Assembly: GCA_905178155.1 (NCBI GenBank)
Contig: CAJINV010000004.1
Span: 2,564,228 to 2,628,227, forward strand
Source: Amoebophrya sp. A120
Taxonomy: Eukaryota; Protista; Dinoflagellata
DNA length: 64,000 bases
Direction of reading: 5' to 3'
Below, one piece after another: positions 23,101 to 32,900 of the stretch (positions are counted from its first letter, which is position 1; every line of letters begins with the position of its first letter). The position numbers and the translations under genes are program-made. The notes beneath the pieces were generated by a model that did no database searches, was not told the DNA's origin, and worked only from the letters and a program-made list of their open reading frames with translations.

Positions 23101-26049
23101 AAGCATCGTACTAAGTGGTACTCGCATCACAAATTATTTCGTATAGGAAGGAAAGTAAAATTTAAATTTGTCATGCTCTAGTGAGCTTAGAATTTGGTTG
23201 GTTCTAGATCTTAGATGCAGAGACGGAAGAACATGAAGTAACAACGCAACGGAGAGAGGGAGGGGGGACAACACTTCTGCCTGTAACGAGTGAGCTTAGA
23301 AAAGAAATCTGTCATGCATAACAGCGATTACTACATGTACGACTACGATACTTGTTTTGCAGCTGATATGTCCTCATCTTCGTTTCCGAGAAAGACCACC
23401 CGCACGGACTCCAGTATTACAGTGAAAAGTGCCCCCCACCCCTCAAATTGCAAAAAATTGTGATGCGAAGTGTCCAAATGAAAACTTTTTGTCATGCATG
23501 AAACGAGTATGAATCTTTCTGATGCAGAGTCTAGGCGTGTATCGCATCGCTTGCATGACAAGCGCCGCTCTTGCTGGGGTCTTTTGCAATACAAATTTTC
23601 GCTATTCACGATTGGAAACCTGTGATGCTGATAGGTGCAAGAGGGCGAGTGTTTCATTTGGAAAGGTTTGCAATACAAATGCTTTCAAGTTCGGGGGTGG
23701 GGGCATTTTTCATTCTGATATCCAGAAACGTGTACACAGTCTCCAAAAACTGCCGCACCGACGGCGGGTCCCGGTCCATGCTGTGTATCTGCACGGACGA
23801 GTTGTACAGCGCCTGCTTCGCCCCCTCCAGCGCCTGCCGCATCCCCTCGAGGTTCTTCTGCGCAAAGCTACTCGCGCAGAGCAAATCGAAGATGAAGACC
23901 TCCACGATCTTTAGGAGTTTGTCGTGCAGGATGGTCAACAACGTCAAATTCTCCTGGGGGGAAATGTGGTAGGGGTCCGGCTGCAGAACCTTCGACCGCC
24001 GGCAGCACTGGCACCAACAGAGTTTCCGGCCGACCCGGCGTCTGCACCTCCCGCCCTTGCTGTACACGTACTCGCTGGATTCGATCCAGTACAGTAGGAC
24101 GGAACTCAGGAACTGAAACCGCCGATCCAACTGGTCGGTTACCGACTGGTGATCGGAATTGTTTTGCGATGATGAAAAACCATAACCATGTTGACCCTCT
24201 TGTTCATTATCTCGTCGTGGCGCAGCACCTGCTATTATTCCGAGCTTCTTGAAGATCCTTTCCTTGTTTCTGGAAAGAAACAGGCCGACGGAGGTGAGCG
24301 TCAAAATCACAATCGTCAGGCGAACCGTGTAGGAGCTAGAGTAGGAACTCGATGCCGTTTCTCCTGCGTTAAGAACATCGGAAGGAACTACACCAGATCC
24401 TTGTTGCGATGATTCTTGTGCGGGAGTTCCACCACTTCCCTCCCCTTCGAGTATCCCGACGGGTAGAAGCAGTTGCGTACCGGTCACGACCACCGCGTAC
24501 CGGAGAAAATCGACAATTGTCGTCAATACATTCCCGATGATCGGGTAGTTCCTCGCCAGTTCGCTTTCCCTGACCAGCACCCAATACGGCCGGACAAAGC
24601 CGAAAATTCCATCCTCGTAACCGGCCAGGAAGTGCAGGTAAAAGAGGACAATCCAAAACAGCGCCGGGAAGAGAAATGTGAATGTGTACAGCGTCCTGCG
24701 GATAAATGATACCGGCACGTAGTACCGGAGCAGGAGCCGGCCCCGCAGCCATTTCTGCTTCAAAACCAGTTTCCATGTGTGTTTCCCCTCGTCGCTGAAT
24801 TCGTCGTTGATGATGGACACAATTTCCGTGTGCATGTTCTGGTGCGCGATCGCCTGTGCCTTTTTCAGCGGCGACGGTCGCGTATCCTGTGCAAAAGAAT
24901 CGCAGTCGTATTTTTGCAATCATGCATAATTTACAATTTTTTTTCTCAAGCGAAGTCCGCATGGCATTTACAAATTTCATTTCTCATGCTGAGAAAATTT
25001 GTAATGCATTTATACGAGTACGATACTTTTGCAATTCATAACGCGCGGAGGAAGGGTTGCTGGCGGATTTTGGACTCGCGGAGGCCGTCGCGGCATTTCC
25101 TGCGGCACCGAGCAAATTCAGCGGTGCGGGTTTGTTCAACATCTGGTGTGGACCATGTGCAGCTCCAACCGACCCACGGGAGGGAGCTGCTCCACCCATC
25201 ATGTGGTCTACTGCTCCCGGTGGCGAAGAAGATGATGATATTACCCCAAGATTTTTAACGGAAGCGGAACTCGCGGCCGCAGCCGCGCCTGGTAATAACG
25301 GCGAGCCGGGAGGGGCGGAGTTTCTAGATGATGAAGTACTTGATGACGTTCCACCCATCCAGCTGTATGGACTGTGTGTAAAAAGGTTCTGCATGGACTT
25401 TGGCTTTTCCAGGTATTTCCGCAAATTCGGAATCGCCAAGGCCTCCCAACTACCCTGCGGTAGCTGCGGCATGCTGGGCAGCTGCAGCTCCGTGCGTTTT
25501 CGACGGAGGTTGCCTAGTGTGACAGTGCAAAAAGTTATTGTCTTCAACACGGTGACGAGTTCATTGTTGTAAGTATATCTGACTTCCTGATAGACATCAT
25601 TCTTGAAAAGATCCTGTCACGACCTAGAACTTGTCCACACGACGAAAATAAAATTGCAAAAAAACGAAAAACAAGCAGATTCAGATACGGAAAAATCCGG
25701 CTCCGCTGGGTGCGCTCGCCGTCCCTGAGGAAGATTCACCGGCCGACGCGGAAGACGACTCGTCGTCCACATCAGGATGCAAATCAGGCAAAGTTTGGCT
25801 TTGCGGCGACCGCTGCACCAGCGGATTTCTCGTCGGTGAGCCTAATGATAAGGCGCTTCCTCGCGTGCGGCTCGTAGTTGCGTGTGGCTCGTTCGGGGAG
25901 GAGGACTGAGCGAGGGGCGCGGAACTCCGAGGAAGATCTACTGTACGATCATTCGGCGAGGCGCTCCGGCTCGAGGTTGTGTTGGACGTAATTCCTCCCG
26001 CGTTGTTTCCGCGCTTTCGCAAGCCGGAAGAGGATGTTGACGATGCCAT
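17196..26049 (-). CDS. Very large LCAT/PDAT/PLA2G15-like acyltransferase-lipase with an N-terminal TM region; 6 introners. Link to the first exon (25681-26049) is uncertain
   Basis: HPILFVGP, FYDWRKS, KPAVLISWSQGG, ISIAAPFGGA, PPKVPVTALVG, GDGTVPWESL, GHLDTL. 25613-17196 minus 6 elements and one DR each = 7077 nt, open frame. Confidence 0.75.
18931..19075. mobile_element. Introner family A
   Basis: TATCCTGTGCAAAAG...TTTTGCAGTTCATA; DR ACTCC/ATTCC; restores EVRE-LFEC. Confidence 0.9.
19453..19680. mobile_element. Introner family B
   Basis: TATGGCAGTGCACAACTCCCCCTCCCC...GGGGAGTTGTGAAATGTCATA; DR TGCTG; restores RRPLS-STQRR. Confidence 0.9.
22717..22910. mobile_element. Introner, A-like ends
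   Basis: TATGCATTGCAAAAGTA...TACTTTTGCAGCGGATA; DR TGTGA/TGTTA; restores LEGIT-DGTSS. Confidence 0.85.
23089..23368. mobile_element. Introner, A-like ends (old, diverged)
   Basis: CATGCATTGCAAAAGCATCG...TTTTGCAGCTGATA; DR TGTCT/TGTCC; restores NEDED-STDDE. Confidence 0.8.
23415..23720. mobile_element. Introner family F
   Basis: TATTACAGTGAAAAGTGCCCCCCACCCC...GGGGTGGGGGCATTTTTCATTCTGATA; DR TCCAG; restores YTFL-ESVRV. Confidence 0.9.
24883..25040. mobile_element. Introner family A
   Basis: TATCCTGTGCAAAAG...TTTTGCAATTCATA; DR TCGCG/ACGCG; restores PSSAR-PSPLK. Confidence 0.9.
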
Positions 26050-26944
26050 TTTCAGACGCGAAGGTGCGCTGAATTTCTAGAAATGAATCTGCAGCAGGAC
26101 GGAAGCGGTCATCTTAAGCGTACTTAGCCTCATTATAGCAGCTATGGACCGGCGAAGGTGGTCTTGTTTTACTTTCTGAAAATAATCATGGTCATAGTTG
26201 AGTCATTCTCCTCCACAGCTAGCGATAACTTCCGTAGAGAAATTAAAATTTTGGAGCGCACCTGAGAGATGAGTAATCAGACACAATAACATACGAAGTC
26301 AAAATCCAATCGGTAGTGATGTGAAACTCTCAAATCTAGTAAGTACTCCATACCGCACCACAGACCTGAGTCTTCCTGATACAAGTCACAAGTATCACTA
26401 TGCACCAGGTCGTGGTTAGCACCGACGTGGTAAAGTACCGATACAGATCTATTCCCGTTCACTACACCGAATTAAGTGAGTTTTCGTTTAAAAACAGCTA
26501 TGTATACGTAGCTAAATACTTCTTCGTTGTTCATCATGTTCCTTCTGAGTCTGGGTACTAGTTCTAGTAGTGCTTCATCTTCGTGTTTATTTCCCCACGA
26601 CCACTACAGCTCTCACCGGCCCCGGCGTGTCTATGACATCGCCTGAAATTTGGCTTTTATCTCATGGGCGACATCTTCAGAAGTGAGAGTGACATAGTTC
26701 TTACGTCGGGGCGTGAACAGATATTCATATTTGGTCGTAGTTGTACTCATTTCATAGATCAACACTTTCTTTCGCAATACAACCAGCACCGAGCGGGAAG
26801 TGGGTGATGACTTGACAAAAATCTTGACAGGAAAAAACTATACAGATTTGTTTATTGTCTGGAAAAGAAGAACAACCGTAGAGGACTTTCTTGCTCGCTT
26901 TCTTGTCGAGCGGCCCGCGGTGGTCCCCATCTACTAAAGAACTT

Positions 26945-29900
26945 TTACACTGTCATCGCCCCAACCTCCGGCTTCAGCTCCGCTCCCGACTCCAAAACCT
27001 TCTCCGCGAAGCGGATGGCAGCCAGCGACACCGCCCCGGAGGACTCCGCGGGGCTGCCGGGGCAGCTGCTCGCCAGGTCGTCGAACTCCTTCCGGGCGGC
27101 GCTTAGCGCCGTTTTTGCCTTCTCCACCTCGCTTTCTTGGTCCACGACGTCTTGCTTAACCGTCGCAAACTCTTCCGCACTCGCACCGGTGGTGCTCTCG
27201 TACAGTTCCGAGCCCATATGGTTCTCGATGGTCGTCATAATCTCGATCGCGTGATTTAGGCACTGCTCTCCCAAGTGGTCCCGGAAGTCCGTCACCTCCT
27301 CTTCGAACCGGGCCACCTTGTGCGTCACCTCCTCTGCAAGGAGCTTCGGAAGAATGACCCCTGCAGCGGCATTACTTTCGTCCGACGCTGCAGTGGCGTT
27401 CTGGCTGGCGAGGGTGGTTAACTCCTCGAAGACGACCTTCTTCTCCTCGTCGAGCTTCGTCAGAATCTCCTGACACTTGCTGTCCACCTTGTGCTATGCA
27501 ATGCAAAAGCATCGTACTAATAGAAATACAAATACCATTACAAATCTTTCCAGAAAATAAACTGTAATGCTGAAGATTTACCGAAGAAACCACATTTGTG
27601 TTTGTCATGCTGTACTACGATTACTTTTACTACTAGTGCGATGCTTTTGCACTGCATATCTGCCACGTCTCCCCACCGAGCTCCAGCAGGTGGTTCTCGA
27701 GCTTCTTCGAAGTTTCCGAAACGGAGCCAATCGCCTATGGAGTTCTCAAGCGTTAAATTCTCAACTGCTGCATGAATTTGTAATGAAAGAATGGCAAAAG
27801 TCAAAGGGGGGAGGTTTCACCTGTAGCATTACAAATTCCCCACAGATTCAGGCGCTGTTTAGCCCTTCGCAGATTTGTCACGCAAAGCAGCTTGATCGTG
27901 TGGATGATGATGGTAGTTTTGCATGACAAGTCATGTTGTAACAGTTGAGAGTGTAACGTTTGAGAGCCCCATATCGCCTCCTGCACCGCGAGCTTGCCCT
28001 TCGCGTCCACGAGCTTTTTCTCCTCTTTCAGTTTCATGTCCAAAGCAGTAGAAACCTTCTCCCTCGCGGCGTCTAGTGCCGCGGTCGTGCACGGGGTCTG
28101 GCGGCTGCTGGTCGTGGTAGATGTTGAAGCCGCAGCTCCAGAGGAAAACATTGAAAAAGTAGAAGTCGTCGCTAGTACCGCTCCACCCGTGCTGTCGACT
28201 TTCTGTTGCGCGAACAAATTCAGGGCGTTCAGATTCGTCTGCAAGTCGTTTTTGTTCATCCGCTTCCCAAATTCCTGCATCGCCGGGTCCCGGAGCGCCA
28301 GCCCCACGTTCCGCAGCAAATCGGACGCCAGTTGAATCTTTTTCTGCTGCGCCAGAGTCTCCTGTTTAGCTGCGACTGCACCTGTTCCAGCTGTTGTTCC
28401 AGTGGTACTTCCCGCGGCTCCGTCTTCGTCGGAATTCGAATCAGCCCCCATGATCGACGTAGAAGAACTTGTTGCACCAGCTCCTGCCGGCGCCTCCTCT
28501 TCTACCGCTCGGAAAATCGGACTTGGGGCGGAGCTCTCGATGATTTCCGCTTTGTTCATCTTTGAGAAGTTTGTGACCGCGTTTCGCAGCCGGTTCCGCG
28601 CCAGTGCAAGTTTCTTCTTCGTATATCCTGTGCAAAAGTATCGTACTCGTACTAATTGCATTTATGCATTACAAATATCGTTCCTAAGGCAAATCCGCAT
28701 TACAAATTTGATTTGTAATGCTGAGCCAATTTGTATTGCAATTTATACTAGTACGTTACTTTTGCAATTCATATCGTAGAAGATATCTTGGCGATGATTG
28801 GCTTGCTGTTTTTGTTCCCTGTACCAGCCGAGAAAAATGTTGATGAGGAGGTTCTGTAATTCTGCTGGTTCTTGTTTCGCGCGTCCGTTTGCAGAAACGA
28901 GTAGCTCTTCGGCTTCTGTTGACGGTTGTTCGCCGATGCCACTAGTTGTAGTTGTCCCCCGCCTACTCTACTTTGCTTCCCCTGCAAGAAGAACAGGCCC
29001 ACCATCGATTTCGGTTGCTTGTAAACCGCATTTCTCCACGGGCCGCCGCAGTGCGTGTCGCTACCGTCCACGCACTTCGGGGACCGGCCCGGGCCCTGGC
29101 AGTCCTTTTCCGGTTTTTCCCCGTACTTGGCGTATTCGGAGGCTATGGATTGCAAATATGTCTGGGTCTGGAAACAGTTGTAATGCTGCGTTGGGAAAGA
29201 TAGTGGATGCTCTGTAATGTTGCACAGGCAAGCATGAGCAGAAACATCTGCGCTTCTTTGTGTTGCGTTTTTCGCATGACAAACTGCGTTTTTGCATGAC
29301 AGGAAAGCGTGTCTCTTCTTGGACACGCATCACAAACTTTTTGGTCATGTCAGACAGGCATGACAAATCTTGCAATCTTCCAGACCCAGACATTTTTGCA
29401 TTTGATAGAGGCGGATCTGGCGCAAAAGCACTCCGACCCGTACTGCACGCCGAAAATTTATGGAAGCGTCAAGACCGAAAGCAACAATGTTGAATAAATA
29501 ATTTGCGATGCATAAAGTGCGAGGCACAAAGAGCCTGTCTTGCGACGATGACAAATGAGGCTAATTGTAACTCTCCTTAGGGGTAGAGACGGCGGCGCTA
29601 CGACGGAGAATGACAAAAGCAGCCTTCCTTGACCGAAACAGCATGACAGATTGGATTTCAATGCAGACAGAATTTGTAATGCGCCACTTATTAATTGGGG
29701 CCCAACTGGAATCGGTTTTATGCATGACAAAAATCATTTCAATTTTGTCGATTTCGTCGATCCTGACACTCCCATAAAAACTGGAAGTCTGCACCGCACG
29801 CCTCGGAGCACCTCTTCACCGTGAACGAGCCGGACCGCTTCACGGGCATGGCGCGCCGGCCCTTGTCGCGGAAGCAACCAATGTAGGAGATGATGTTATG

Positions 29901-32900
29901 GAGTTCTCAAATGTTACATTCTCAACAACTGTTACATGAATTTGTGATGCAAAAATAGCAAAAGCGAAAGGGGGAACATTGCGCCTCTTGCAATACAGAT
30001 TTGGCACAGATTTAGATACTGTCTAGCCCTTCGGAAATTTGTCATGCGAAGCAGCTTGCTGATCTGCACGCTTAAGGTACTTTTGCATGACAAATTCATG
30101 TAACAATTGAGAATGTGACATTTGAGAGTCTCATATATGTTCGGATCCTCCTTGGGCGCCATACCAGACGCGTAGGTGCGGCCGATTTGCCCGAGACAGT
30201 GGTCTATGCATTGCAAACATATCGTCGGAGTGAAATCGGCCTAGCAACTGGGTGGCTTCTGAAACGCGCTCAAAATGTCCACTACCATGGCCATGGGACG
30301 CCAGGCGGCGATAGGGAGTGGCGCTGTCGAAGTGTTTCCTTTGGCCCCAGAGCCCACAACAAGAAACACAAAAAGAAGACGCGCAAATTGGACAAGTTCC
30401 CAGCTGCAAGTTTCCAGAAAAGGCCTCAGTTAGCGGCCAGGCACAAATGCGAGGGAGGGCCTAGGGCGGAAGGTCACCGGGCCCCTCCGGCCAGGCAGCA
30501 GCAAAAGGCGCAGCGGTCTTGTTCAACAGGTCTCGGCTGACAGGCTTTTTCGACAAGTTGGGGCCGCCAAGTTGCAGAAAAAGCTCGTCTTTTCGTTTCT
30601 TCGCAGCTATCGCAGCCAAGAAGCCGGCTTGCACCCAACCGCGCGCCCAGCTGCGCGCCCAACAATAGCGAGGAAGCATCGCCCGAGCCAAAGAAGCCAA
30701 GCCAGACCAAGCGCGCGCACTTGCTCGCGGCAATCATTTGGAGGCCTTTTTCTGCAACTTCGGGCCGCCAAGTTTCAGGAAAAGGCCTCTTTTCCCTTTT
30801 CCGGGCGCTTCGTGCTCTCTCCCATGCCGGCCAACCGACCCCCGCCAGCAGGGCGGGGGCGCCGGTCTTGAGTACTTTCTGCAGCAAAACATACAGCGCG
30901 GCCTTTTTCTTCAACTTGGAGCTGCCAAAGTACAGAAAAAAGCCGTATTTTCTGTTGTTCAAAAAAGCAGAATGTGGCGCAAAAAAAGGCAGTCGAATTC
31001 GGGAAGAAAAGGCGCAAAAAAATGAACACGCTCAGACAAGCAAAACGTCCAAAAAGTGACACGCAGTTGACACGCAGTTGAGTCCAAAAAGTGACACGCA
31101 GTTGACACGCAAAGTGATACGCAAGTGACACGCAGTGCGTGTCACACTGCGTGTCACTTGCGTACCGCAATGCGTGTCACTGCGTGTCACCAGAATATAG
31201 GTGCAAAAAGTGACACGCACTCAGTGCGTGTCACCGTATACCATCGGGGAAGACCAAAAGACGACAGGCGTTGTCTCTCTCCTGCACGGTATGGTAGTGA
31301 CACGCATCTAGTGCGTGTCAGTGCGTGTCACTTTTTGCACCTATATTCTGGTGACACGCAGTGACACGCACGACCGAATCGCTGGTGGCGAGAATACAGG
31401 CGTGAAGAGTGACACGCACTTGACACGCAGTGAGTGCGTGTCACACAATACCGTCGGTGAAGGATATTTCCAAAACTTTCCAAAACCTCTCTCCGGTCTG
31501 TAAAAGTGACACGCACTGACACGCACTCACTGCGTGTCAATTTACAGAGCGGTTTGACAGTACACACTCGTCAAAAACGAGAAACAGGTCGTGTTTGACG
31601 AGTGCGTATCAGTGTGCGTGTCACTCTGCGTGTCACTTTGCGTGTCAAAAAAAAGGCGGAGTGCGTATCACTCTGCGTTTTTGAAAGCTCCCAAAAATTT
31701 GCCGAAAATCTACCAAAATCCGAAGGAAAGGCTCAAGGAAAGGGACAAGGGGAAGGGGCCGCTATGTGGCAGGCCATACAGCTACGTGCAGGCGCACCGG
31801 CCGGGAAGGCCTCGCGGCCCGCCAGGAAGCCGCCGGTTTGTCCTCAGACACGGTGGGGCGCTCCATTTTCTCCGGTTGGGGGCCCCTCCCAACCGGAAAA
31901 AATCGAGAATCCCACCGTGTCTGAGGACGGGCCGGCGGCTTCCCGACGGGCCGTCGAGGCCTTCCCGTGGCGCCTGTTGCTGTTCTTTTTTCGCCCTTCC
32001 CTTCGCATTTTCTGTGGCCTTCAGGTCGGTTCATTCCCCCGCCCCTCTTCCGACCTGACTCAACATCTCGCGACCTTGGGGCAGACAAGGGCGGAGGAGT
32101 CCTCGTTTGGCCCTCTACTAGCTTTACCCCACACAGAGGGCCGCAATGCTTGGTCCGACATTCGCACGACTTCCCCTCGGCACCGCTACGGAGCCTGCGC
32201 GTCTGTCAAAAAGCGGCGCGTCTGCTTTGAGGGTGCTTGTCGCAAAATAGTCCTCGCGATAGTCGCTAAGCAGCACGCCGGTGGCCGGACAGCCCAGAAG
32301 GCATGCGCGCACAGCCGCGCATAGGAATTCGCGCTGCTCCCGCTGGTGCCACCGAAGGCCGCCAATTGGCACACGGAACGAGGGCGCGCGCGTCAGGGTA
32401 GAAGGGGCACAACCTGAAAAGGCCGGGGCGCTCTTGGGCCGCCCTTTCGTGCTTTTCTGCCCCGTTAGTTGCCGTTTTGTTTTCATTTGGTCGGCGTTTA
32501 GGAGCCTTTTTCTTTGCTAGGCCGATTTGTTCCTAAATATCGTAGTAGTATAAATGCATTACAAATTCCCTCAGCATGAGAAATAAAATTTGCCATGCGG
32601 ATTTACCTTGGTAAAAAAAATTATAATGCATGACTGCGATTACTACGAGTACGATACTTTTGCACAGGATATGGTCGGGCGAGTTTCCGCCGGCACTGAC
32701 GCACTGCTCGTAGGTCTCCACGTCTTTAGCGAGTTTGAACATCTCCAGACTCTGCTACGCATGCATTGCAAACGTATCGCACTCGTAATAATTGCAGTTT
32801 ATGCATAGCGAATCTTGTTTATTTCCTTCCGCATAACTACAAATTCCATTTGTCATGCTGATGCGACATTACCTCTAGTACGATACTCTTGCAATGCATA

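Larger units (their letters stand above)
30205..32671. mobile_element. Introner family A (reverse orientation) carrying a nested 2.3-kb element
   Basis: TATGCATTGCAAA...TTTTGCACAGGATA; DR TGGTC; restores NSPDH-CLGQI. Confidence 0.9.

Noticed and set aside
25614-25700. Exact intron joining 25681-26049 to the LCAT-like gene
   Set aside because: The obvious GT-AG pairs do not give the required frame; left unresolved.
31056-31680. CRISPR or iteron array from GTGACACGCA repeats
   Set aside because: Irregular spacing and mixed orientation inside a TIR element; no regular repeat-spacer period.
30115-32520. ORFs within the nested 2.3-kb element
   Set aside because: Short, overlapping, repeat-derived; no hAT transposase signature.
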